Origin: an uncultured delta proteobacterium
GTDB lineage: Bacteria > Desulfobacterota > Binatia > UBA9968
Reading direction: 5' to 3'
Assembly (NCBI GenBank): GCA_963847445.1
Contig: CAWJZV010000015.1
Location: 1 to 64,000, forward strand
DNA: 64,000 bases
Shown piece after piece: positions 10,200 to 20,387 of the stretch. Below the pieces are notes generated by a model. It did no database searches. It saw only the letters and a list, made by a program, of their open reading frames with translations, and was not told where the DNA came from. Position 1 is the stretch's first letter. Each line of letters starts with the position of its first letter. The position numbers were made by a program, and so were the translations under genes.

Positions 10200-11243
10200 C
10201 TACATTCCCGATTTTGCGTCCCGAACCAAAGTGGGAACGTAACAACTTACATCTCTCGTAGTGTACGGGTTCTGCCCACAGGTAACTGTTCCAGCCAGGT
10301 ATTTGTCTTTGCCGTTTGTCACGACTGGAGCTGTCGCGTCGGGACAAAATTTAGCGAAGTCGACGATCTTCTCGGTTTGATTCCATTTTGAGCCGTCTCG
10401 CACTACCGGGATTAGGTAACAATCACCCGGATGTGCCTTAAAGACGTCCTCAAAATCGTCGTATACGCTGGTAATTTGCCCGTTGTTCAACTGGGTAGGA
10501 AATCCAACCCCCACCGCAGGCATGCCACCGCCGCAAGTACTGGCACTTTTCAATAGGGCTTTAATCTCCGCCGCACTGGTGTTTTCGATCCAGTAGGTTG
10601 TATAGCCTGAGTTATCTGCGTTACTGCTCGATTGAAGAAGTTTTTGCGGATTGGGCGCACTGCATCGCGCTTCTTCGATGGCGATCGGAAGCCCGGCTGC
10701 TGCCTTTACGACCGCAGTCGCGCTCACGCTTAGATTCGCTGTGTCATTGAAGTTTTGCCCGCCGAACAAATTCAACAAAGGCATCAAAAACAGCTGGGAG
10801 ATCATCGCCGTTGCCGGGCTGGTTCCGGTGTGAGGATTAGTGGTTTCCAGCGCGACACGAACGCCGTTGGCATTGGCGATGGTGACTCCCGACGTCGTAA
10901 TGCTCCCGTCGGTCGGAGAGTACTGGACGTAATTGACGTTACTACCCGTGATCACGTTTTGAGAACTGCCAACATAATTGTTTTTCGAGTTAAAGGCGGC
11001 CGCTCGGCTATCCACTTCAGTGGCGCTTCCTGTCGGAATCGCCGACGCCGCCGAAAGGGCGGCCGCATCCACCGCCGCTTGTCCCTGTGCCCGGACGTAA
11101 ACTAGATGGCCGGTATCCAGGCCCATGCCGACCATGATTAATAGTAAAACGATCGACAGGGTTACAAAGATTAAAACCGTACCTCGCTCGTTATCAGTGG
11201 CGTGCATAATGGCTCCTAAGTTAACTAGCGTAAGCTTTTTCAA
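10200..11243 (-). CDS. tadG: TadG-like pilus assembly protein
   Basis: ERG + hydrophobic helix, GLDTGH...QAAVDAAALSAA. Confidence 0.8.
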   Translation of the reverse strand: MKKLTLVNLGAIMHATDNERGTVLIFVTLSIVLLLIMVGMGLDTGHLVYVRAQGQAAVDAAALSAASAIPTGSATEVDSRAAAFNSKNNYVGSSQNVITGSNVNYVQYSPTDGSITTSGVTIANANGVRVALETTNPHTGTSPATAMISQLFLMPLLNLFGGQNFNDTANLSVSATAVVKAAAGLPIAIEEARCSAPNPQKLLQSSSNADNSGYTTYWIENTSAAEIKALLKSASTCGGGMPAVGVGFPTQLNNGQITSVYDDFEDVFKAHPGDCYLIPVVRDGSKWNQTEKIVDFAKFCPDATAPVVTNGKDKYLAGTVTCGQNPYTTRDVSCYVPTLVRDAKSGM

Positions 11244-11745
11244 AACCGATCGCAGCGCAAATCGGCGTACTGTTATCCGCTCGCTGGTAGGAATAACGCA
11301 TTTGCGTCGTGCGAGTTATCGGCTCCGCTGCTGGAGCCGTTACGCCAAACAGTCCCATCGCTCGATACAAACCATAGTTATAACTACCCGTTGTCGTCAC
11401 CTCCACGACCTGCATGCAAGTCGCCTTTTCGTCCTCAAAATAGAACTTCACGCTCACGCTCGGATTAGATAAACGATTCGGCAGTCTGGCAAATACCTCA
11501 TTCTTAATCGTTGTTGCCTGACCAGCGTCTATCGGCTTATCCGGGTCACCTGAGGTTAATCCAGAGCCGATCCGTACGCCCTCACGGACCGCGTTCTGGA
11601 CAAGATGGGCTGTGAGAAACGCCACACCAAAATCCGCCGGGACATACAATGCCATCAGCACCAGCGGAGTAATCAGGGATATTTCGACAACAGTCTGGCC
11701 CCTCTGCTTTATTCGGCTCAAATTCTCTTTGATCGTGTTTTGCAT
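11221..11745 (-). CDS. tadE: TadE-like pseudopilin
   Basis: RGQTVVEISLITP...DFG...NAVREGVR. Confidence 0.85.
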   Translation of the reverse strand: MQNTIKENLSRIKQRGQTVVEISLITPLVLMALYVPADFGVAFLTAHLVQNAVREGVRIGSGLTSGDPDKPIDAGQATTIKNEVFARLPNRLSNPSVSVKFYFEDEKATCMQVVEVTTTGSYNYGLYRAMGLFGVTAPAAEPITRTTQMRYSYQRADNSTPICAAIGFEKAYAS

Positions 11746-11785
11746 TCTTTTAACTCCAATCCGTCGTGCCGACTTTGCCTTGAGT

Positions 11786-12496
11786 TCAAGCCTGGCAACC
11801 CGGCTGGTGCTCCCATCTCATTTTGGTAGTGCGCTGAATATTGACCGGATCATTGATGGAGGAAGGGGCTACGCCGACACTCTGCAACAATCGATAGAAA
11901 AAAAACTTGTAGTTTCCGGAGATCGAGACTTCCGCAAGACGGTTGCAATTGGTCCCACCCGCAGGTTGTAGGGTCACGGCGATCGCCGCTCCGGGTAAGA
12001 GCGCTCGGGACATTCTGTCAGCCGCGGCCTTTAAAGCACTCCCTGCGGGCGCTGACGAACATGGCATGTTGCAGCTACCACTGACAAGATTAGGATCCGC
12101 CGCTGCAATACGCGCAGCTTCACGCGATGAGTTCTGCGCCAATTGACCTGTATAAAATGCCAACCCAAAGTCGGCTGGTATCCAAACGATGACCAGGAAA
12201 AGCAAAAACGCTAGCGTGAACTCGACAACAGCCTGTCCCGAGGAGAGTCGAAAACGAGTGAAAAGATTACGGTTACCAAACCATGATCCTGCCTGAAGAG
12301 TGAAAAATGACGTCGACGACTGAGATAGTAGAGATCCCTTATCGCATCCGTCTCTCATCTCTTTGGAATAAAGCAAAGACGCCGCGATAATGGAATTGTT
12401 TGTTCCCATGATGTCATCCGATGGAGCAAACCAAGTACCGCGGAAGACCTGACAACAATATGCGGGAATCGTCGCAAAAGAACGATAAGTTTCCAA
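11786..12496 (-). CDS. tadE: TadE-like pseudopilin (true start probably internal to this ORF)
   Basis: SGQAVVEFTL...DFG...SREAARIAA. Confidence 0.8.
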   Translation of the reverse strand: METYRSFATIPAYCCQVFRGTWFAPSDDIMGTNNSIIAASLLYSKEMRDGCDKGSLLSQSSTSFFTLQAGSWFGNRNLFTRFRLSSGQAVVEFTLAFLLFLVIVWIPADFGLAFYTGQLAQNSSREAARIAAADPNLVSGSCNMPCSSAPAGSALKAAADRMSRALLPGAAIAVTLQPAGGTNCNRLAEVSISGNYKFFFYRLLQSVGVAPSSINDPVNIQRTTKMRWEHQPGCQA

Positions 12497-12642
12497 TGTC
12501 AGGGGATTTAAGAAACCCGACGCCGCTTCTGGGAAATGAACTCGGGCGATTTAGCCCTAGGAAGCCGGTGATCCATTCGAGAATTACTTTGTGCATGTAA
12601 TCTGTTTTATTTGGCGTAAATCTCTTGCTTCGTACGGCCCTG

Positions 12643-13239
12643 TCATTCCGGACGAGAGCGATCAGACCTATTCATGTACATATGTATGCCAAAATCGTAG
12701 AGATCCCGCAGCGTGAAGCATTCCGAGATCTGATCGTACCGAACCTTTATCAAGTCCGGAGCAGGCGCCCACGAAATTGTGAAGTCCCCGGGTAATTTTC
12801 GGTCCAAATAGTCACCCAAACCACGCAATTCGAGGGACAAATTGCGAAAGTCCGACCGGCTACGCGATATGTTGCGTCTGGATTGGCGCTCCATATCTGC
12901 CGCGAGAATTTCTCGGCTCGTAAAATTTTTATAATGCGGCGTCTCTCTAGGGGAATCCATGCGTCCGAAAATCACTTGGTTAATTTTGTCGAGGACAGTT
13001 CCCTTAGCTGAGGACACTTGTTGTGACGCGCGTTGATTCATCGAAACGCTAAAGTCATCACCCAATTTTGCCAACTCGAAGGCATTGACGCCAAGCGGTT
13101 CCAGGTCCTGACCGATCACTCTAAGAATGCGCGAGTAGGAGAGAAGCACGCCTGCGACATACGCAAGTGCAGGCCGGCCTGTATTAATTGGGCTGATTTC
13201 CCCTTTGCTCAAGTCTGGTAGTTTTTTTGTGACTAACAT
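12643..13239 (-). CDS. Hypothetical protein, paralog of 13908..14405
   Basis: LSYSRILRVIGQDLE ... LSLELRGLGDYLD internal repeat. Confidence 0.65.
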   Translation of the reverse strand: MLVTKKLPDLSKGEISPINTGRPALAYVAGVLLSYSRILRVIGQDLEPLGVNAFELAKLGDDFSVSMNQRASQQVSSAKGTVLDKINQVIFGRMDSPRETPHYKNFTSREILAADMERQSRRNISRSRSDFRNLSLELRGLGDYLDRKLPGDFTISWAPAPDLIKVRYDQISECFTLRDLYDFGIHMYMNRSDRSRPE

Positions 13240-13353
13240 CTACCCTTCATGCTACGACCATTGTCGTCATGCCTTGTCGAGGGATTTCTGGATGTACCGG
13301 TCAAAAGTAACAGGCATTAACTTGTCGCGTTCAGCAAAATTATTAATACCAAG

Positions 13354-13370
13354 AGCAACTGGTGTTCCAG
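13354..13370 (-). promoter_or_regulatory. Putative sigma-54 promoter
   Basis: CTGGAAC-ACCAG-TTGCT, GG-N10-GC spacing, upstream of 12643..13239. Confidence 0.55.
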
Positions 13371-13907
13371 ATTTGCGCCCTGAAACGCGGCACTTGAAAC
13401 GTAGCTAACTCTGTGAAAACACCAGGGAAAACCTTAAGCGTGGCAGGATAGCAATTAGAAAAACGTCCTAATACTGGGACTCAATCTTTCAAGTGTTCCA
13501 TCATTGAGAATTATTAAGCCCTATTCGCTTGTAGGGGAATTAGATCGCGAAGGCCAAACGGGTGAGAAAAATAGCGGCGGGCAATCCGTTGGCTAGGGCC
13601 TCGGCGCGTACTCTTCCGGTGGAGCCTATGCTGGCACCGTGTGCCAAAGGGCCGGATACCATACGGGGAAAGTCGCGGACCTGGTTCTGTATCTGACGCA
13701 AATAACACAATTCTCAACTGTCCCCGCGTGATAGCTTCCAATTAAACCTAAAGTGATAGGACCGAGTCATCACCGCGATATGTATCGCGGGTAATCACCG
13801 GAGACAGAACCGGGAGCCCGAGCAAATCGGAGTAACGCCGATAGCTGCGCGACGACAAGTAGAGTGAGTAAGCTCCCTTTTCGTGAACGGGGCACTAAGC
13901 GCTGAAT

Positions 13908-14405
13908 ATGTTTCATGGGTTGTCGTATTCGCAAACGTTTCGCGCCATCGGACAGTCTTTAGAAGAGCGCGGCGTCCAGGACTTTTCGCTAGCATTACAG
14001 GGCGACGAGTTCGTCGTGCGCACGCAAGGCATCGCCCAGGTGGAGACGCGCTGGGTCGACAAGGTGCTTGGCAAAAAAGCCGCGCCCACCGAGCGGTCGG
14101 TGGAAATTCATTACAGCTTGAAGGGCGTTCTCTGGCTGCAGATTCGCGGCGAAACGTCACGCAAGAATCCGGATCAAATTCCTGAGTTTTGTCGCCTTTC
14201 GCAGACTTTGCGCACTGTCGGCCATTACCTCGATAAGCGGGTCATGCCGTTGTTATCCCTGCGGCGCACCGGCGAGACCTTGTATTTAGAATTCCAAGAC
14301 AGTGGCAAAAAACGTCTGGAAGAGCATGGCGTCGGGTCGTTTGAAAATTACTTTCTTCGCACCTATTTGCGTCGGCTCAAGGAGCGCCGTCCTCAAGACT
14401 TCTAA
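13908..14405 (+). CDS. Hypothetical protein, paralog of 12643..13239
   Basis: LSYSQTFRAIGQSLE ... LSQTLRTVGHYLD internal repeat. Confidence 0.75.
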   Translation: MFHGLSYSQTFRAIGQSLEERGVQDFSLALQGDEFVVRTQGIAQVETRWVDKVLGKKAAPTERSVEIHYSLKGVLWLQIRGETSRKNPDQIPEFCRLSQTLRTVGHYLDKRVMPLLSLRRTGETLYLEFQDSGKKRLEEHGVGSFENYFLRTYLRRLKERRPQDF

Positions 14406-14549
14406 CTCCATCGTCCGCTGAGTAAAGATAGTTGCGTTATAAAAGTCCGACCCTGGCTCGGCGTGAAAATTCATCGTCCCCTTGTCCCGCGAGTCCGTGT
14501 TGTGCATCAAAATCGAACTCGCCAGATTCGACCGAGCATCGATCTCGCC

Positions 14550-14727
14550 GACCAGCCCCCATTTGGAATAGCTCCGCGCGGTTCGCGCCGCCACGGTTCG
14601 CTATCACCGGCGCATGTTGAGTCGGCGCGATGTTGTAACGGGGCTTGAACAGCGGAATCTCTTCAAGGTTGAAGCGTTTTTTGAGATCGGAAAATTCAAC
14701 TGGGGTAACTTTGTATCGTCCCCCCAT
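14550..14727 (-). pseudogene. Truncated SOS response-associated peptidase (SRAP/YedK) remnant
   Basis: MGGRY...PRYNIAPTQ...(frameshift)WGLV; the catalytic Cys2 of MCGR is replaced by Gly. Confidence 0.75.
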
Positions 14728-14803
14728 GAAAGCTTCGACAACCTGTCCCGCCTCAATACCTTGCGGCCGCCGAGCCCGAAGACCCGGGGTTTCGATGGCG
14801 GAC

Positions 14804-15109
14804 TCAAAAAATTGTTACGCCCGAGAGTCTTAAGCCGCTTTCAATTTTTTCAACAGCCTCAGGGCAGTACATACGAGCGATGGACAATAGCGCGCGCGCA
14901 TCGCCTTCGTTGCAGTCAATTGTGGTGGAGGATTCAACAAGTCGTTTCTTGGGCAACCTGGAAGTCAAATACGAGTACCTAAGTTTCCGCCTGAGAGTAC
15001 TGGGCAATGAATGACAACGTATGCAGTCAACATCGGCCGGAGATAGTTCAATACGTATACCCACAGGATGCCACCTGAGAAAAATGTGAAGGTCAAGGAC
15101 GATTCTCAC
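14804..15109 (-). CDS. Hypothetical small protein
   Basis: Open frame with protein-like C-terminus LLSIARMYCPEAVEKIE; start uncertain. Confidence 0.35.
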   Translation of the reverse strand: MRIVLDLHIFLRWHPVGIRIELSPADVDCIRCHSLPSTLRRKLRYSYLTSRLPKKRLVESSTTIDCNEGDARALLSIARMYCPEAVEKIESGLRLSGVTIF

Positions 15110-16002
15110 GCGTTGTCGATCGCGGGTTTCATTTAAACTGTGAACCCACGCTCCGATTTGACTCCGACAACTTCACAGATCGACGCCTTATTTCGCGCTC
15201 AGTTACCTACCACCGTTCATAGTTTGTCTAAAAATAAAAAGTGATTCATGAAACGTATGACCAATGGACAAGGTGAAGAAGGATCAGACGAAACGTGGTA
15301 ACGTGTATAAGAAGCTGTTGCTTCAGTTGGAAATGTTCAATGAAGAAAAAGGTTCCGTCCAAAGCGATTTCCGCGTGCAGGTTTTATGTCAACTGCATTT
15401 CTAAAACGCGAGTGGAACTTCTAAACTACCGATGGAATTGATGCTCATGCCTAAACAATCTTCTAAGAGCAGCCCCACATACGCACCCAAAACTTCGAAC
15501 TCCATCACCAAGCAACCCATATACTCGCACCCGTCAAATTCTATTGTTAAGAATATTACGCGACTGTTATACGAATAGCACTGCACTTTGCGCAACAGCG
15601 CCAAGTTCTCCTTTAGGGGTTGCTTCGCTTGGCCCCTGATAATCTACCCATGTCGGTGGCCAACGGTAAAAGCCTAGCAGAGTTGGATGATCCCGAAGAT
15701 GCATGGTGGAAGACGATCAGCAAAAGTGATGCCTGCTTGGTGGGCCACGTAAAGTCAATGCTTTCAAGTAATTATCGAATTAGCCCAGGAATTTTTGCGT
15801 TAGTCTTGTCCTGAAATTGGGATTTGTCGCAGCAATGAGACGTTGCCGTAGTAACAAACAATCGGCGTATTTTCCCTCCGCTGGGTAATTGAAGATGAGT
15901 ATTGAGTAGGAAGGTCAACAATCAACCGTCGACTCGGTTGACAACGGCGATTATTGAGCAGGCGCTTAAAGCTGGATTTGTGCGTAACTTTCAGCAGACA
16001 AT

Positions 16003-16030
16003 AAAAAGGCGCCCCGGGAGGCAGGACGCC
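16003..16030 (-). terminator. Rho-independent terminator
   Basis: 9-bp GC-rich stem followed by T5. Confidence 0.7.
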
Positions 16031-16135
16031 TGAGTCAGCGGTAGATTGCAGTACCACGTAAGCTGTGAACGCAACTACTGCTCTGCTTGGGGAGGCAGTT
16101 CCAAGAAGCAAAGCATCTCGAACGAGCCGCCAACT
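16003..16135 (-). ncRNA. Candidate small RNA with two CCUCC loops and an intrinsic terminator
   Basis: TATGCT -10-like box (16143-16148), three hairpins, the last GGCGTCCTG-CCTCC-CGGGGCGCC-TTTTT. Confidence 0.5.
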
Positions 16136-16285
16136 TCATTTAAGCATAGCGCTGGAAAAGTTGAATATAAGACCTTGCCTAATTTATTTTTGTGAAGTTG
16201 CCAAGCATAAAAAAAAGTCGGACACCTTTCGATCCCGGCTTCCCAACGGCGTGTGAGCACTAAATCCACCCTTTGGTCATATCAA

Positions 16286-16756
16286 CTATCCCTTGTTGAC
16301 CTTCTGCGCCTCCGCCAACAGTTCCTTGGGATTGCGTTCGCCTGCGGGGGTCACCGAATTCGCATAACGGACGATGCCTTGCTTGTCGATAATGACGGTA
16401 GCGCGATCGGTAATCCCCTTGTCTTCGAGAAACACGCCATACTTTTTAGCCACGTCGCCCTTGGGATGGAAATCCTGCAAGAGCGGGAAAGAAATCCCAC
16501 CGCACGATTTCGCCCAATTGTCGTGAGAGAATCTGCTATCGACGCTCACACCCAGAACTTGGGTGTCACAGGCCTTGAACTCTTCCTTGAGAGCTTCCAG
16601 ACCCGGTATCTCCTTGGTTCAGGTCGGTGTCCAATCGAGCGGATAAAACACTAACATGACGTTTTTTTGGCCTTTGAATTGGTTCAGCGTGAATTTGGTT
16701 CCAGCCAAATGGCTCGCCAGTTCGAAGTCCGGCGCTTGTTTGCCGACCTCAATCAT
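16286..16756 (-). CDS. Selenocysteine-containing peroxiredoxin (AhpC/TSA, AhpE-like)
   Basis: FYPLDWTPT-TGA-TKEIPG in frame with GVSVDS...LLQDFHPKG...RATVIID; UGA at 16619-16621 occupies the peroxidatic Cys position. Confidence 0.88.
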
Positions 16757-16837
16757 GATCTTTCTCCCTCTCAAAAAATTTGAGCCGCCGGTTGGACTAT
16801 AGACCAAGCTGCGCCCACTCTACCCTTAGAAGACCAG

Positions 16838-16853
16838 AGCAACTGGCGTGCCG
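16838..16853 (-). promoter_or_regulatory. Putative sigma-54 promoter of the peroxiredoxin
   Basis: CGGCAC-GCCAG-TTGCT. Confidence 0.65.
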
Positions 16854-17117
16854 CACGCACGCCCTAATGAATTCCGGGTGGTCGCGCTATACGGTCACTT
16901 GTATTTCATTTGGCAGGTAAACACGGAAAGGCGCGACCTTGCATTAACTCGCGACGATACAGATTCTTCTTATCAAAATCGAATACGCCTCGTTTTAAGT
17001 CTCACTGCTGGCACAATTTTTAGCCATGTGTCCCGGTAGTGCGAAGCTTTCGGGATATTTTCTTTAACGCAATACAAATTTACCAGGCGTCGCAAAACCC
17101 GTCACGGCGCGGGGGTA

Positions 17118-17134
17118 TTGGTACAACGCTTGCT
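17118..17134 (+). promoter_or_regulatory. Putative sigma-54 promoter of nuoB
   Basis: TTGGTAC-AACGC-TTGCT. Confidence 0.6.
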
Positions 17135-17219
17135 CGTGTATTGATTTGCGCCGGGCTCAAGGTGATTGAACCGGGTGAAGAAGGTCAAGGCTTAATCGGC
17201 CGGGCGTCGGAGTCATTGC

Positions 17220-17762
17220 ATGAAACCGCTGATCAATACATTGCCTGAAACGGTTTTTACCACCAAGGTCGACGATCTGCTCAACTGGGGCCGAGCCTCT
17301 TCGCAATGGTACATGCTGTTCGGTTTGGCCTGCTGCGCCATCGAGCTCATGCAGACCGGCGGGCCGCGCGCTGATCTGGATCGTTTCGGCGCGGTGCCGC
17401 GGGCGACGCCAAGGCAATCGGATCTGATGATCGTAGCCGGCACGCTCACTTATAAGATGGCCAAGCGCACCAAGCTGCTCTATGACCAGATGCCCGATCC
17501 TAAATATGTCATCTCCATGGGCAGTTGCTCGAACTGCGGCGGGCTGTTTCAGCTCGCTTATTCGGTCTGCAAAGGCGTCGACAAGATTATTCCCGTCGAC
17601 GTTTACGTTCCCGGTTGCCCGCCCCGTCCGGAAGCGCTTACCGAAGGGTTGCTGCGAATTCAGGACAAGATGATGCGCGAACGCTGGCTGGTGAAGGCGC
17701 CAGAGAGTGATAGTATCGAAGCGTCGCGTCCAGGCTTTTCAAACGAGGGATCAGTTCGATAA
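17220..17762 (+). CDS. nuoB: NADH-quinone oxidoreductase subunit B
   Basis: [39 protein letters not shown]. Confidence 0.95.
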   Translation: MKPLINTLPETVFTTKVDDLLNWGRASSQWYMLFGLACCAIELMQTGGPRADLDRFGAVPRATPRQSDLMIVAGTLTYKMAKRTKLLYDQMPDPKYVISMGSCSNCGGLFQLAYSVCKGVDKIIPVDVYVPGCPPRPEALTEGLLRIQDKMMRERWLVKAPESDSIEASRPGFSNEGSVR

Positions 17763-17820
17763 AAGCCCTCGTATTTCTATTTATCATCGGAAATTAGCCT
17801 CAGCATGCCAGTCCGAATTT

Positions 17821-17991
17821 ATGAAATTTGAAAATGATAAGGGCGAGCAGGTTGAAATAAACTTTCAGAATTTCCAGCAGATTCTGACTGGAGCCAAACC
17901 TGGCTTAACTCCCGTAAAGTTTAAAAACGGTAAAGACGAATGGGTACGCGCAGAAGCGGATGAGATTCTTGAGGCCACCGTCGAAGAATAG
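17821..17991 (+). CDS. Small hypothetical protein
   Basis: 56-aa ORF with coding-like composition. Confidence 0.45.
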   Translation: MKFENDKGEQVEINFQNFQQILTGAKPGLTPVKFKNGKDEWVRAEADEILEATVEE

Positions 17992-18157
17992 TTGGGTGGC
18001 AAGGAGCGGCGGCAATATGCCTAAGTAGCCGTTCGATTGAGCAGGCAACGATGACGTACTCCTGTCAGTCTCTATGGAACTTGATCATGAATAACTCCAC
18101 TCACTGGTGGGTGTAGAGTTCGCATAATTGGTTAAACTCTTTTTTGAGGGAAAAGTT

Positions 18158-18367
18158 ATGGATACAAATACTCGTGGCGACGATTTCGGAACAAAGTGCG
18201 GGCATCCATGTAAAAGACTAGAAGGCCGCATTAAAGAAGACTTCGCTTGCTGTATTTGCATGGGCGAGACGCACTTGTGCTCATTGTGCGAAAAAAGAAG
18301 CCTCTCGGAAGATCCTGTTGGGGAGAAGGACGAAAGCGTCAACACACCTGGAAGCCGAAAACATTAA
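18158..18367 (+). CDS. Small Cys-rich hypothetical protein
   Basis: CGHPC, CCIC, CSLC; upstream GAGGGA. Confidence 0.4.
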   Translation: MDTNTRGDDFGTKCGHPCKRLEGRIKEDFACCICMGETHLCSLCEKRSLSEDPVGEKDESVNTPGSRKH

Positions 18368-18610
18368 CGCCGGGATATCCGGGGTGGCATGGCCAGAAAA
18401 ATCCAAAGGTCTTTGTATTGTTCCATGCGATCCTCAGATTGCCGTATATGCAAGAAAAGCCGCCAGCATCCAGAGGCTAACCGCAATCGCGTAGTAAGCC
18501 TTTTTTGATATTCCATCCGCGCCGTTTCCAGCCATAACAAACAGGGCGCCAAGAATTACCAAGACAGAGAGGAAACTCTGCATCGAAGTCACGCCTCACG
18601 GAGCGTTCTT

Positions 18611-18886
18611 CTACCGCACGTCGCAGAGATAAAGCAACCAAGGCGCCGGGCCTAACGCCTGCAAATGCGCAGTGACAGCTGCTTTGAACTTACTAATTCG
18701 CCGCACTATCAGCTCTTGCTGCGGGCGAGGTAAGAGATCAGCCAGCCGACCAAGATCATGACGATGCCGGTCCACAACACGTATAGCGGCGCTGGGGTTC
18801 ACCGTCGGTACCATGGAACCACCGAGGACACAGATAATCCCCAGTGCCACGAATGCCACGCCGATAAGTTGCACGAGCCGGCGCAT
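18611..18886 (-). CDS. Small membrane protein (possibly degraded)
   Basis: GGAGGA RBS, N-terminal hydrophobic helix. Confidence 0.35.
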   Translation of the reverse strand: MRRLVQLIGVAFVALGIICVLGGSMVPTVNPSAAIRVVDRHRHDLGRLADLLPRPQQELIVRRISKFKAAVTAHLQALGPAPWLLYLCDVR

Positions 18887-19088
18887 GAATCATTTCCTCC
18901 CACTATCGCTTCAATGAATTTGAATAGGCGCTGAGGCGGCAAGCGCGGTCGAATTGTTGGCAATGGCTGTGAGGCTTACGCCACGACACAATAGCTGTGT
19001 CTCCCATCCTAGTACGCGTGCACAGCTGAACTTTAACACGCATTTACTCACGACAGCGGGGGCAGTCGCGGAACCAAGTAGCGGTCCA

Positions 19089-19295
19089 TCATCGGAAGCC
19101 ATTTAGGATTCTGTCTAGATGGGCAATGCGTGGCGGCTTATACCCTATGACCAGTCGCCATCCGTCCAAACGATAACCGCATTGAGCACAATATGAGTTG
19201 ATCGGATACTCCCCATTGGAACGTGGCATCTGGCTTACCACGACGCAAAAATCGTCGCTGCATCGGGGGCAGGATCGAGCGATATACTTGGACAT
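19089..19295 (-). CDS. Small zinc-ribbon protein
   Basis: CPRC...CAQCG. Confidence 0.6.
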   Translation of the reverse strand: MSKYIARSCPRCSDDFCVVVSQMPRSNGEYPINSYCAQCGYRLDGWRLVIGYKPPRIAHLDRILNGFR

Positions 19296-19361
19296 GGTGG
19301 CGGACTCAATCTAAAGGTCTAAGCGCCAATTCCCAATACGCTACGTGGCGAGCCATGACAT

Positions 19362-19634
19362 TTATTTCTTTTGGTCCTGCTTGGGTGAGCCTTCCAACTT
19401 GCCGGTTGACCGCGGGCTGCTGCTCTCCTGGACTTGTTGCATTTGAGCATCGCGAAATTCCGGTAGATCGAGTTTGCGTAGAATGGTGCTTCCGGCCGGC
19501 GGCTTTTGGTTTGAGATCACCAGCCTGCCTTGGGCATCTTTGTAGATGTAATGCTCTTCGGCTTGGCCGTGTGCCGTTAAGAAAAACAAAGACGCAAATA
19601 TCAGTGCTGCAATCGTGGTGATTTTCACAGGCAA
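19362..19634 (-). CDS. DUF4124-like exported small protein
   Basis: Signal peptide then YIYKDAQGRLVISNQKPP. Confidence 0.7.
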   Translation of the reverse strand: MPVKITTIAALIFASLFFLTAHGQAEEHYIYKDAQGRLVISNQKPPAGSTILRKLDLPEFRDAQMQQVQESSSPRSTGKLEGSPKQDQKK

Positions 19635-19658
19635 CTCCGTTCTTACGGTGTTGGCAAG

Positions 19659-19674
19659 TGCAGCATGCGTGCCG
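19659..19674 (-). promoter_or_regulatory. Putative sigma-54 promoter
   Basis: CGGCAC-GCATG-CTGCA, about 25 bp upstream of the DUF4124-like gene. Confidence 0.5.
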
Positions 19675-20039
19675 CGGGCAAGCTTGACAGTGAATAGGGA
19701 TCCAGGCTCCTAAAATGCCAGTGAAGAGAGGTGCAAGTGCGCCCGGAGAATCCGCGAAGCTTTATCGCCGGGCAGGTTTCGCCCGATAAGGTTTCTGGTT
19801 ACGTGACACCGAGAAGTCTGTTTCAAGATTTTGATGACGCTTTTCGGAATGAAAAACGGTGGCGGGAAGCCGGTACGTTAATTGCTCAGCCGAAAAGAGC
19901 CTAAGAAAACATTTTGACGGGCACGGCTTCGCATGCGATAAGCAATGCAATTGAGACCCGGACGCTGCGCGGCACCCGCTAAGCTCCCTGCGAGCCGTGC
20001 CCGTCGCCAAAATTACATGCTCCAAGCGTCTAACATCAA

Positions 20040-20196
20040 ACCTGTCTTACCCCACGCTGAGCGCAATGCCGTCAGTGCGGCTTACAACTTCACAGAGCAT
20101 CTGCCGAAGCGGCGCAAAATGATGCAGGCTTGGGCGGATTAACTAGATGCTTTCAAGGTAGGAGCGCAAGTGGTTTCGCTATTCAAAAAGGCGTAG
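20040..20196 (+). pseudogene. C-terminal remnant of a P4-like tyrosine integrase
   Basis: LPHAERNAVSAAYNFTEHLPKRRKMMQAWAD*LD. Confidence 0.8.
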
Positions 20197-20208
20197 TGGT
20201 GCTGGACT

Positions 20209-20340
20209 TTAAACTTCTTTAACCACGATGACTTCCTCCCCTAGCATGTCGGTGATCTTGATTGCGACCGTGGTCTTGCCGGGAGGAGCGCCCGGTCGTC
20301 CGTCAAAAGCTAAACGTAGACATGACCCATTTGGTCGTTC
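20209..20340 (-). pseudogene. Probable C-terminal remnant of a site-specific DNA methyltransferase
   Basis: PPGKTTVAIKITDMLGEEVIVVKEV resembles C-termini of Mod-type MTases. Confidence 0.45.
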
Positions 20341-20387
20341 CAGCGCCTCTTCGCTCCAGACTGCATCTTTCAGCGGAGAGGTCCAAG

